A stretch of DNA of 64,000 nucleotides from Watersipora subatra (Eukaryota): NCBI RefSeq assembly GCF_963576615.1, contig NC_088717.1, positions 57,890,749 through 57,954,748 of the forward strand, in the 5' to 3' direction. Numbering within the stretch: position 1 is the stretch's first letter; every line of letters begins with the position of its first letter. Of the stretch, positions 12,664-23,768 are shown piece by piece. Below the pieces are notes generated by a model, which saw only the letters and a list, made by a program, of their open reading frames with translations, did no database searches and had not been told where the DNA came from. The position numbers and the translations under genes were made by a program.

Positions 12664-13475
12664 GAGAAAACTACGTGGAGCCTCCGGCCAGTGTCCACCA
12701 TGCTCAACTTCGGGCATGTTTGAACATAATGACTGAACTCCTTCTCTGTTCATAGTTTGATATAAATTATTTTTATTGCTTTTATATTATATTTATGACA
12801 ATCGCTAAGTCTCTCTGTTGTCTCTATAATTGATCTGCCTTTATTTTTACATAGGTGCTCTTCTGACACAATTTGTCCTTCCCACATGTATTCCTTTTTG
12901 ACTCTAGGATAGAATCATAGCTAACATGAATACTTAATCGTCTGTGGATTGCTCCTAGTTTGCAAGATGATGTGTTTCTCACTAGCTTTTTGAGCAAGAA
13001 ATGTAGCATTATTGTACCTGCTCATGTTGTGATGCCTACAATTGTCTATTACCCTACACGTATGCTAGTATATTGTTGTATCATATACTCCACTCAGGTG
13101 AATCAATTGCTCTGCAAAACCAAAATCAACAAGCTGCATGAAAAGAGGGTTTGCAGGTAAGAATAGTGTCTTCAATTTGTATCATTATTTGCTATCAATT
13201 AATTGTATTTAACCATAATCATGATCCCAAGCAACTATTTATCACAATAATGCCAATAATGTCCATTTGTAAACTGATAATCACAGCAACGCAATTTTGA
13301 ATTGCACTGAAACATTGAATGAAAAATTACCAGATAATCCCAACTATACTGAACCAAATGATTTTTATATAATACTTAATCAAGTGAAGAATGCTTATCT
13401 TTATGAACGACAAAGGAATTGCATGAATTGAAGGAATATCTGTATGGTTGAAAGGTAGCGAAATAAATTGATAGC

Positions 13476-14210
13476 CTAAGCAGCTGTGAGATTCACCCTG
13501 TATGTGTAGAGTGAACCATCTTGAGGTGATACATAGCCGATAGATATAAGAATAACATCAACTATTGTCCAGACTCCTAGACCACCAAAGCTGAACAGTT
13601 TTCCAATTCCTTCCTTCCAATAGCCTAAATAAAACCTATCAATGCCGAACCCGCCTAATGTAACACTAAGCAAGAGTGTGATAGACCAACTATGACCCCT
13701 AGTCCAATGACATAGCCGGTTTTTATAGAAGTGCCGCTTACCAAAACACAAAGTAGTTGGCTTAACTGTACACCTAGATCGGTATACTCTACTGGAATAT
13801 GTTCCAACGGAATTGCAAGATGTATTAAATTCACAGTCATAGTCTTCCTGAGGAAGTTGGTAACAAAACACGCAGGTGAGAGTTCGGGAATGGTTTCTCT
13901 CTCCCTCACAAGGGACCGACTCCACTGGCTGTACATAAACGTCTGTTAGCTTCCCATAGTCACAAGTAGTATTACAACCAGGAATTTCCTTGAGACAATT
14001 GCCATCCAAGTGTTTACATTGAGCATTACTAGGACAGGGCGGATGGGGCGTCATGGTAGAAGTAACATTGCTGGCTCTTGTACTATTTTGAGGTATAGAT
14101 GATGTGCTTGAGCTGTACGGTTGTGATGATGTCCTAATATCTGTCATAGCCCAGGTAGAGTAGAAGGAAGTCATTGTAAACAAGGCTACTAGAGCTAGAT
14201 ATGAACCCAT
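13476..14210 (-). CDS. TM2D3: TM2 domain-containing protein 3 (TM2D3/almondex) ortholog. It is intronless and 244 aa long.
   Basis: There is one complete ORF with an N-terminal signal peptide (MGSYLALVALFTMTSFYSTWA), a Cys-rich ectodomain (TCVFCYQLPQEDYDCEFNTSC against human MTCRFCWQLPETDYECTNSTSC) and the TM2 domain signature WSITLLLSVTLGGFGIDRFYLGYWKEGIGKLFSFGGLGVWTIVDVILISIGYVSPQDGSLY. Human TM2D3 has ...LGGFGADRFYLGQWREGLGKLFSFGGLGIWTLIDVLLIGVGYVGPADGSLYI. Confidence 0.85.
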   Translation of the reverse strand: MGSYLALVALFTMTSFYSTWAMTDIRTSSQPYSSSTSSIPQNSTRASNVTSTMTPHPPCPSNAQCKHLDGNCLKEIPGCNTTCDYGKLTDVYVQPVESVPCEGERNHSRTLTCVFCYQLPQEDYDCEFNTSCNSVGTYSSRVYRSRCTVKPTTLCFGKRHFYKNRLCHWTRGHSWSITLLLSVTLGGFGIDRFYLGYWKEGIGKLFSFGGLGVWTIVDVILISIGYVSPQDGSLYTYRVNLTAA

Positions 14211-15287
14211 CTCACCTTTGGCCTGGCATCGTTCAAGTAGTTATCAATGACCATCATGCATTCTAAAAAATTAACACTTGACTTGGTATAGGTAGTTTCA
14301 ACGGAATACCATTTTGGGTGGGTATCAACAGGCAAAACTACATTTTAAAATTGACCAGTTTTTTATCTCACTTTATATATTGTTACAGATGCAAAATCTT
14401 GTATTGAAGTCATAATCAAATTTTCTGCTCACTGATACTGTCATCTGACAGTATATATGTCAGTGCTGAAATGTCTAAACGAGTGAAAAGATTTTGGGAA
14501 AATAATTTAACTTAACATGATGAAGACTCATATTTTCTAAAATGGGTTCAAGCCATACACAGTAAACTAATTTAATAAAGCAAGTCATTATTCAAGCTAT
14601 ATCATACTTCAAAAATTTTATAATTCTTTCTCAATCTTTCAATAACATTAATCTGCTTCAAACAACTTTCTGAAATGTTGCTGAAGTATTGAAAAATACT
14701 TCACAAAAGTGCCAATCTTTCAAGCTTATGTAAAGTTGTAAAACTTACTCGTGCAATTAGGTTAAATAAATGGTCAAGTTTTGATTCTGCTTAATAACCA
14801 GTGGGTGTGCCGAGACAGCCCTTATATTCCATACATGAGAAAAGCTTTGATAATGCAAGTCCGGGCAGGACGCTACGTACGTTATTGCTTAGTTTACAGC
14901 ATTGAATTGTAGTGATTGTTAATGAATAGGTAAACACTCACACGAAAGATGATGAGGTATTGGGCTAAGTGCTGTGAACTTCTATTACCGACATGTAGAA
15001 TAATGATCAAAAATTGGAGATCAAATTTAATGAACACGTCTATCAAGCTTTTCCAATATAGTAAAAAACCAACAAACATGTGAGGTTTAGTATGCAGCAT
15101 AGATACGGAAAGGTAATGTCTACTACGTAGGATGCACGTGAAAAGAGCTGATTCTGATTCTGATTAAAAAGAGTCTCGAGACCTCAAAAGGAGGAAGTGG
15201 AGACCGTTTGCATAGATTGTATAAGAATAAAAATTTATCTATTTGAACAAGTGAATTTAAAACATCAATTAATAAAACTTTCCTGTT

Positions 15288-15983
15288 CTAATGATCTCCC
15301 AATCTAATATCCCGAGAAGTTCGTGGAATGAAGCTGTTAAAATATGTGTTTGTGTTGCAGGCGATTGCCTTTGGAGCGTTAGACCGAGATGATCTGGTGT
15401 CATACTGGTGTGGTTGGGACATTAAAAAATTAAAACTTTCAATTAGCGCTGAGTGTGTGCTATTAGATAAAATGTTTATTAAAAGGTTGAGTCTTGCTCG
15501 TTTTCTTCTGATCTCTAAAACTTCCAACTGGATATTCTCTCGAGCTTCCGTTACGCTAGCAACTCCTTTCAAATTACATATAAATCTCACGGCTCTTCTT
15601 TGTATAAATTCAATTTGAGATATGTGTTTGACTAAAAAAGGGTCCCAGACCTCACAAGCGTACTCCAAGGCGGGTCTACATAAAGTCAAATATGCGATTT
15701 TCTTTACTTTATTAGGAGCATTAAAAAGAACCCGTTTTATCATTCCCAAGGTCTGTAATGCTTTGGTACAAATCGATGTTATATGGTGGTCCCAGCTCAA
15801 TGTATTTGTAATAATCACGCCCAAATATTTAAAGCTATCCACAACTTCCAGATTGGTATTATAAAGGTTGTACTCAGCTGGGACGCCAGAGTCTGACGTG
15901 AAATTAAAATTTACAATTTGACACTTTGTTACATTAAAAATCATTTTGGACTCAGAGGCCCAAAACTCAGAGCTATGGTACAT
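15288..15983 (-). mobile_element. Non-LTR (LINE, CR1/L2-like) reverse-transcriptase fragment covering the 3' part of ORF2 after the FADD motif. It is 5'-truncated.
   Basis: The 231-aa ORF is homologous to the C-terminal RT region of the LINE at 59339-60949. Compare KYLGVIITNTLSWDHHI...GMIKRVL...LCRPALEYACEVWDP with KYLGVILQSNLKFDKHI...GMIKRVL...LCRPHIEYASTVWDP, and the shared C-terminal NSF(I/L)P motif. Confidence 0.8.
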
Positions 15984-16834
15984 GTATTATGTTGTACGCA
16001 TATCCATACCTTGGTTGTGCTGCTCAATAAATGCCTGAATACAACTGCAAAAAACTTTGCTCATCCAGAATGTATAATCAACAAAAGTATGCACAATTAA
16101 CCACGATTCGCTTATTAAACAATTGATTACGTCGCTACACTCTTAATGTTGTATGATTAGAAAGCAGTTTGGAATTGAATTGCAGCGATAGAAACTGCTC
16201 GAAACTTGAACAACAACAATAGAATTATGTTGCAATATTCGACCGATGAGTATACTTTACACCAAAATACAATGGCTATAGGTTTGGATAAAATAAATTA
16301 TAACAGCTAATCAGCAAAACTACCAATTTATATTGACGGAAACGATGCCTTTCTCAAAAGCAAAGCATACTTTACTCGCTAAGATAACTTAGTTGTGGAC
16401 TTCAAATGTAGAGGTGCTAAAAAGGTGTTATACCGAGTCCACTCAGTTGCTCGAATAGGAATTGGGTACAAGCGTGCACGAAGATATAGTTCGCGGGCAG
16501 AACTTTCTATGTTGGAGTTTATACATAGAAATCTGTCACTTAACGCTGTTTACAGTTGAAAGCAACACTTCTAAGGAGTGAATAATATTAGTAAAATCAA
16601 GTTTCGTTTTACACTAGCGTCTGGCCACGTCCACATTCACAAATCATAAGTACCCTAGTAAAATATAAGTACGTATCGTTCAGCTTCAGTGTACGTGCAT
16701 GTTGTATGCAAAGTGTACAAAATATTTTTGTTTGCAATTCTAATTGCAATTAGCTATCTTGTGGGGCTCAGCTAGTGCAAACGCTTGATCCCATATTGTC
16801 ATAAACAGATAAGGAAAATAATGTTAACATTATT

Positions 16835-17050
16835 TTGCTGGATTTATCTTAGGCTTTTGATACTGTAAACCATCGTAAACTGATAGCTAAACTGAAAGAT
16901 TGGATTTCATGTTATTTTTTTTATTGAGGATTTTTCACATGAAAAGAAACAGTATGTTGTAGTAGATGGGTGCGACTCATCATTGAGATCTGTAAGGTTG
17001 AGCGTTCCTCAAGGATCTGTTCTTGGGCCACTGCTGTTCATTCTATATAT
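16835..17050 (+). mobile_element. Degenerate LINE reverse-transcriptase fragment covering the motifs upstream of FADD. It is frameshifted.
   Basis: Translation gives ILLDLSKAFDTVNHRKLIAKLKDW and, after a frameshift, [37 protein letters not shown]. Compare the LINE at 59.3 kb: VVLDFAKAFDKV...[37 protein letters not shown]. Confidence 0.7.
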
Positions 17051-17079
17051 AAACTAACTGCGCCTTCCGGCGTTGCCAG

Positions 17080-17262
17080 GGTATTAGAAATCAGCTTATA
17101 AACAATGAGAAGTGATGAGAGTTGCCTACCGCTTGCTATTAGCCTGGCACATTGATAATTGAAAATAGCATTAAAAATCAATTTATAAACAATGAGCAGT
17201 AATGAGTTGCCTGCCACTTGCTATTAGCCTGGCACATTGCCAATGGAAAATTCCAGTAAGTT
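17080..17262. repeat. Tandem duplication of about 85 bp (...cttataaacaatgag.agtgatgagagttgcct.ccgcttgctattagcctggcacattg...).
   Basis: Two adjacent near-identical copies are visible. Confidence 0.8.
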
Positions 17263-18043
17263 AGTTAATAAGTGCTAAACTTCTAATGATGGTACGTTAT
17301 GATGTTGCGTCAGCGTTGTTCAGCTACAGCTATTCTAATGATAGCTATAGCTGGAGGGACACGCATACTTTGAGAAATATATATATATAGGTGAGTTACC
17401 ATCACAAGTTTCTTTGCAGTGTCGTATCTTTTGTGGTCACTTTCCAGTAGGAAAAATCAGTATGAAGAAAGCTCAATGTTGGTTCTCTCAGTATATATAG
17501 TAAGGCCTAGCCCTTGTACCTCATGTGACGTCCTAATCCTGATCAGGGTTTTGGCGAGTCCCTCGTAGCCTCGGAACCTATAATGTGCATAGAGGCATAT
17601 ATAACATGCCCTTTTTTTATTGAGCCCTGAACCTAGACACTGTAGCCTAATTATTGGGATTCAAACGTAGGTTTTACTACCTCCAGGAATCATGTTCGGA
17701 AACCACAAGCGTTAGAGACCGTGTCTTACACACATGTATACTATCCTTTAGTACACTAATATGGCTTGCAGTCATCATGAGCTCGTTAAGGTGTTGGTCA
17801 CAATAGGAGCAGAAGTTAGCAAGCTTGTCCAAGGTGTTAAATGGGGGCATGGTAATCATACATGAGGATGAAGATAGCCTGTGAATCAGATGTTAACCTT
17901 GTACTAAAATCGAAATTGGCTTTACTTGTGTGGGTTGGATCAGCCTCTTCCCATACTTCCGGCTGTCATAGCTTTCGCTAGCCTAACCTGTTCTCTTCAG
18001 CTCTAACCTGCAAGTGCTGAGTACATACCTGTTCTTGTTTTAC

Positions 18044-18286
18044 CTGCTCTCCTGCCTTGACTAGGCATACTGGTGACTCTTTCCTCCTACCGACATCATC
18101 TGAGTCATATGGAGAGTGTATCCTAAACTCCCCAGAGCTTGGCTCCTCTACTATCATGGCCTCCTGCTGCATCTCTATCTCTTTAGCCCAAGAAGACTTC
18201 TCTTGGGCTACCATGCTACCTATTTTGGCTTGGCTAGCCTCACCGCTAGCACAGATTGTTGCCGAAACAGCATCCTCTGCACCTCC
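18044..18286 (-). CDS. Exon of an unidentified minus-strand gene (GGAEDAVSATICASGEASQAKIGSMVAQEKSSWAKEIEMQQEAMIVEEPSSGEFRIHSPYDSDDVGRRKESPVCLVKAGEQ).
   Basis: The open frame is bounded by a minus-strand acceptor aatcag at 18287-18288 and a donor gtaaaa at 18043-18042. It is phase-0 compatible with the upstream exon at 22734-22881. It is low-complexity and acidic, and I do not recognise the family. Confidence 0.4.
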
Positions 18287-18295
18287 CTGATTTAA

Positions 18296-21200
18296 AGAAT
18301 AGAGAAAACATAATATTTTTATGCTTTATTAGTTATCTTTAGGTGTTGACTGATGTTATAAAAAAGAATCAAGGAGATTGACCCACTAGAAGCTGAAATA
18401 TAGCCAGCCAAACACAGGTCTACCTAATAAAGAATCAGAGGAAAACCCTTCGAAAATCCCGAAAACTGTGACGTATAAAATCGACTTAATGGTCATGTGC
18501 CGGAGTTGCGCACCCTTACCGCCGTTATGTATAATGATTGTTTTGGCTACGAGATGTGAAACGCTTCTCGCGATAGTAAATAATTTACAGACTAGCTCTG
18601 GTTTCTCAGAAAAATCAAGCAAACATTGTGTGGTAAAGGCATTTGCCCACAACCCCTCGCCGTGATTTTTCAAAGCAGAAGAGCAGATTTTGACTATTGT
18701 GCTTCAAATTTTAACTCGATCTCCACGGATATGCTCCGAAGATCCTCTGTTCAACGAACAGCGCGTGTATAGTCTATATGCGATATCCGCGAGTTGCAGT
18801 TTGTTTAGAATAAGAAATAGGAATGAGACTTTTTGTTCCTTCATCATTTTTCTAATGTGTATCTACTGCAGCATTCTTCTACTGTGTATCTACTGCAGCA
18901 TTCAGTTGATTTTCATGATTATCGTCACTATTAACGGACTGGAAGTTCACTACAGCCATAAGCTTAACAAGACTAACTTGACCGTGCTGCTCTTGCTATA
19001 AGAAAAGAAAGCGATAACTTTTGCTTTGATTTTTCTATTGATCTATTATCTTATCTATGATTATTTTTTATGATTTATATAATATTCATAATGCATATTA
19101 TACAAAATAATAATATAACTGCGTATAGAATAAATGATGTAACTAATATAATTTGTAGAAAATTCCAAATGGTAACCGAGATTGATGATTGATTTAATTG
19201 ATTCCATTTATTAGCTATAGTTAAAAAAATCTGAACAACGCTAAAGATGAGTCTGAATAGGGAAGCTAAGTAGGAGAACAACAAAACTGAGCTGAACTAG
19301 CAAGATAGCGAAATGTTGCGAAATAATAGATGCGTGTAATTATTTTATGCTAAAACTAATCTACACGTCAGAGGGACTGGTTCGGAATTCTAGGAGCGAT
19401 GATTATTAGGCCCAATTTGATTGTTCTATACTTCCAGGGATTAAATCAATTAAAACCCTGTGGTGCCTGGTGTGCCATATTTGGCACACCAACTGTGAAC
19501 CAAAACTAAGCCCATCAGCAATGTGAATTGGGCCTTTGTTCCTTGTTGCATGGCTGGGTGGGTCTTTTATGTTATGGCCCTACATTTTATAATGAATGGT
19601 TACCATACTAAGGCTCCTTTCTTAGTTCTTGAAGTCGGCCATTTTCTCGAAAGATTTGTACCTGTGAACACCCTGATATTCTTCTCTCCCATTCACCAGT
19701 TTCAAGGTATGTATTAGAACAATTGTGGTTTATTACATTAGAATACGCCTTACTTTTTCAGTCTATCATAAATTTATCTCAGAAATAATATATTTAATAT
19801 GTTTAACAATTGAGGGAATGTAGATGGGTCAAAAATGGCACGTTGGGAATTACAAGTCACTCAATATTCCAGTATGAGGCTGCTTAGTGAATTACTAAAA
19901 CAGCCATTCGTTACTAGAGTATTACTGACAACTGAAAAATAGATATCATAAATCTTGAAAGGCTGTTGTGCAACCATTTACAAGACAGTGTAATATTAAT
20001 TTCCTTTTTTATCTAATGTTTAGATTATAATGACAGACAAACAAAAGCAACTCACTGTTCAGAATGTGCTGGAAATAATTGATGGGGATGAAAGTGACTT
20101 TGGAGAGTTTGAAGAAAGTGATGATGAAGATTTTTTACCCGCACAAGATCAACCAAACGTATCTGTAAGTTTCCGTTTGAAATGATGCTAATGAGATGTG
20201 CATACATGTATTACAAACCCACATGTAGGCTGCATGTACTCATAAAATGGCTTTCAATTGTACTGCAGATCAAAAGTTCGTTTCAATTATATTGCAGATC
20301 AAAATTTTAGTGTAAAAAAACTTTTTTCATATTTGCTAATGCAAACAATGCTGTCATCAATAAATTGTAGGATGACAACTCGAGTGGCGAGGAAGAAAGC
20401 AATCTCCTATTGAATGAATTGGCAGTACCTGAAGCATGCAAACGAGACAAAAGTGTTCAACAAAGCCGACCTGTTTACAGGTGGAGGAAAAAAGATTTTG
20501 TTGCGCCTGATGTAGAGTATGCAGGTCTACCCACAGCACCACCTATAGATATTGTCACTCCTCTACTTTATTTTCAAAAATTCATTGGTATTAGCATGAT
20601 AGCAACCATTGCTGAACAAACAAACTTGTACAGTGTGCAGAAAAATGGGAAGTCAATCGATACCAGTAGCAAAGAGATCGAGCAAGTGATTGGGATGTTT
20701 CTGCACATGGGACTGGTACGGATGAGCAGCATTCGTCAATACTGGGAAAGTGAGTCGTCGTATGGGCCAGTCAGTGACATAATGAGTCGAAATCGGTTTG
20801 AAGCTTTACTCTTTTCACTACACTTTGTTGATAACATGGCCATGTCAGAAGAAGTAAGGCAAAAGGATAAACTTTGGAAGATTCGGCCAATTCTGGACAA
20901 CTTGCAACAAAGATGTCTAGCTGTTTCACCAAGTCAACATTGCTCGATTGATGAGATGATAGTCCCATATAATGGAAAAAAGAGCCCGATACGACAGTAC
21001 ATCAAAAGGAAGCCACATCCTTGGGGATTTAAGATATGTGGCAGAGCGGGAATCGACGGCTTACTTCATGACTTTGATGTGTATCAAGGAGGCGATGGAC
21101 AACGAACTGAGCTTGGATTAGGAGCTGATGTAGTTCTTAAGCTCACTTCAACACTAGCACCTGGAAAGAATCACAAAGTTTTTGCAGATAACGTCTTTAC

Positions 21201-22665
21201 CAGTCTTCCATTAATTGCAAAACTGAAAGAAAGAGGAATTCTGTATACAGGTACGGTTAGACAGAATCGGCTGAAAGGATGCCCTCTAAGTGATGAGAAA
21301 ACTTTGAAGAAGAAAGGCAGAGGATCCTTTGACTACAGAGTTGAAGACATTCATAATGTGGCAGCAGTCAGATGGTACGATAATCGTGCAGTCACTCTTC
21401 TATCCACTGAGGCTGCTGTCGAACCTATTGGAGAGGCCAAGCGCTGGGATAAAAAGCAAAAGCAGCAAGTGACAATTCCTATGCCAGCTTTGATTCGCAA
21501 CTATAACAGTTACATGGGCGGGATAGACTTGCTGGACTCATACTTGGCCAAATATCGATTTTTAATGCGATCTAGAAGATGGTACACTTACCTATTTTGG
21601 CAATGTATCATGATTGGTGTAGTCAACGCTTGGCTGCTGTATCGTCGCGACTGCCAATCATTGGAACTGCCTGCAAAGGAGGTGCTAAATAGACGAAGGT
21701 TTCAGGCAATTTTTGCTAGCAGTATGACGTAAGTAAATGCCGTCAAAAGAGGTAGAAGGTCGGCATCTTCTCAAGCGAGGCAGTCAGCTCCAAAGCGTCC
21801 ACGAGTTGGGCCTTGCGATGATGTGCGAAGAGACAGTTTTGGGCACTGGCCAGAGTTAATTGACAAAAGAGGGAGGTGCAAGCATTGCACAGATGGCAAG
21901 AGCACTGTACAGTGCCAGAAGTGCAATGTCCTGCTCTGTCTAAACAAAGACAGAAACTGCTCGAGGGCATATCATCTTTAGTTGGTGTTTAATTATATTT
22001 TTCTTACACGTGCGTGTGTTACTTATCATTGTCATTAGATTATTACTTTGTAATGTACATGTATGTTTTTGTTCACAGTAGAGCTGGTTTTTTATTATTC
22101 GTTTACTGGGTATTTGGCTATTGAAAACTATTATTATTATTATTGTTGTAACTGCTATTATAGTAATATTATACTTTTAATTTTCTTCAGTAAGCATTTG
22201 CATTGAAAGTGTTCATAACATAAAATCTGGGTTTATTTGGCATATCTGATTAGTTGTATCTATTACCCAATGTGCCAAATTTGGCACATTAAAAAAAATG
22301 CACAAAAAACAACTCTGTTCTTATAATGACATGTAGTATGGTAAAAGGGTGTCTAAATAGTCTGAAAGGCAAGCAGAAAAATTTTTTTATAGCATTATTT
22401 CTAGGTCTGGGTACTACAGGGCTAAAACGCCGTGATTGTTATAGGAGAGCTCATTAGTTGGCTTAATTGACCAATGGCACACAAGTCGATTTCATACGTC
22501 ATATATTGATGATTACCAAAACACTTATGTTTTTTGGTAGACCTGTGTTTGGCTGGCTATATCTCAGCTTCTGGTTGGTCAATCTCCTTGATTCTTTTTT
22601 TAGAACATAAGTCAACACCTCAAGATGAATAATAAAGCATAATAATATTATTCTTTCTCTATTCT
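18296..22665 (+). mobile_element. piggyBac-superfamily DNA transposon, 4.37 kb, flanked by TTAA target-site duplications. It has long (about 230 bp) imperfect terminal inverted repeats.
   Basis: TTAA lies at 18292-18295 and at 22666-22669. The termini are AGAATAGAGAAA... and ...TTTCTCTATTCT. 18296 to about 18525 is the reverse complement of about 22435 to 22665 at roughly 85% identity, including GACGTAT(A/G)AAATCGACTT. Internally it encodes a piggyBac transposase. Palindromes GTGCCA(T/A)ATTTGGCAC sit near both ends of the internal region (19465 and 22272). Confidence 0.85.
20038..21981 (+). pseudogene. piggyBac transposase gene. Exon 1 is 20038-20163 and exon 2 is 20371-21981, the latter including the C-terminal Cys-rich domain. 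There is a single in-frame TAA at 21730-21732.
   Basis: Exon 1 (MTDKQKQLTVQNVLEIIDGDESDFGEFEESDDEDFLPAQDQPNVS) ends at donor gtaagt and exon 2 starts at acceptor ttgtag, both in phase 0. Exon 2 carries piggyBac hallmarks: YRWRKKDF...P...EQTNLYSVQ, MSRNRFEALLFSLHFVDN, a DDE core and KYRFLMRSRRWYTYLFW. After the TAA the same frame continues into the C-terminal zinc-finger domain (HWPELIDKRGRCKHCTDGKSTVQCQKCNVLLCLNKDRNCSRAYHL*). Confidence 0.8.
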
Positions 22666-22733
22666 TTAAGGTGTCGAGAGCTAAGTGAGCCTACCTGTCA
22701 ACAGACAGCTGGTTTGTCTGTAAGTCACTTTAC

Positions 22734-22881
22734 CTTAGCCTGGGTAGCAGGTAGCTTAGCATCCTTTAGAACTTTGTCCTCTAGGGTAGCCATGTTTGCA
22801 AAGGCATCCTCGAACTCCTGCTCGATCTCCAACTGAAGCTGGCACTCATCGACCTCTACAGCAGCAATAGCGTAGCAATAT
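22734..22881 (-). CDS. 5' exon of the same minus-strand gene as 18044-18286 (...EFEDAFANMATLEDKVLKDAKLPATQAK). The ATG at 22793-22791 may be the start codon.
   Basis: The frame is open, with a minus-strand acceptor cattag at 22882-22883 and a donor gtaaag at 22733-22732. Before the transposon arrived, the intron would have been about 72 bp, which matches other short introns in this window. Confidence 0.4.
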
Positions 22882-23768
22882 CTAATGAATTCTGATCATA
22901 TCAAATAGTTATATTTATATATTGAATTGAATATTAACTTTATTTCTGACCAGTGCACAAAGTCAATGAAGTCATAGAAATTATGGTAAAATTATAAAGG
23001 TGATTACTTTCAATAAAAGAAAGAATAAAATAGTGATTCGCTCATCAGAGTGGTGTGGCTGCGTGTATCAAAATGTGTCACTCAATCTTTTACAGTGTCG
23101 CCTGGAAGACTGACGAGTAGGGATATGACAGCTTAAACGATGTTGTCTAGTTTGTCTGGCCTTGAGCACATGATTTGCACACATCAACTCTAGATAGGTG
23201 CTTAGGTCTGTAATGTTTGCCATATACAACCACTCAGTATATGATTCTGTATGGGTAACCTTGCCGGTAAATTTAGTGAACAATGTTCGTTTTTATTTGG
23301 GGCATAATCAATTTTGTGCCATATTACTCATTTCAAATTATTGCGATTATTACTTCTAATTATAGTAATGCAGTGCAATACATCTATGACTAGCATTAAT
23401 AAATTAAATTCATAAATACTTTTCTTTCATATTAACAAACAAATCCCTAAATATTATATGTATCCCTGAATATGCGCAAAAGAAACTATCGGGCTGGCAA
23501 TATGAAAGCTCTTGATGGATTTAGTTTTTAGTAACGATCCGTATTGACTTGGCTATTGTCGGGTTTCTCAAATTGCTACCAGTATTTACTTGCTATCGCA
23601 CAACATTATTCTGGAGGATGTACTAGTATTTTTATACCGTAGTTGCTATAGCAACACTATTGTACATTTGGGATTTTGTTTCTTCTAGCTCTGGCGTTTG
23701 GACAGCTTCAATGAGTTTAGAAAGATCTGCTTTACAAAATTATATCTCCTATTATTATATAGTGAAAC

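Noticed and set aside
21729-21750. Possible tiny intron (gtaagtaaatgccgtcaaaag) that would remove the in-frame TAA in the piggyBac transposase.
   Set aside because: At 21 nt it is far too short for a metazoan spliceosomal intron, and the frame is the same on both sides. I treat the TAA as a genuine nonsense change.
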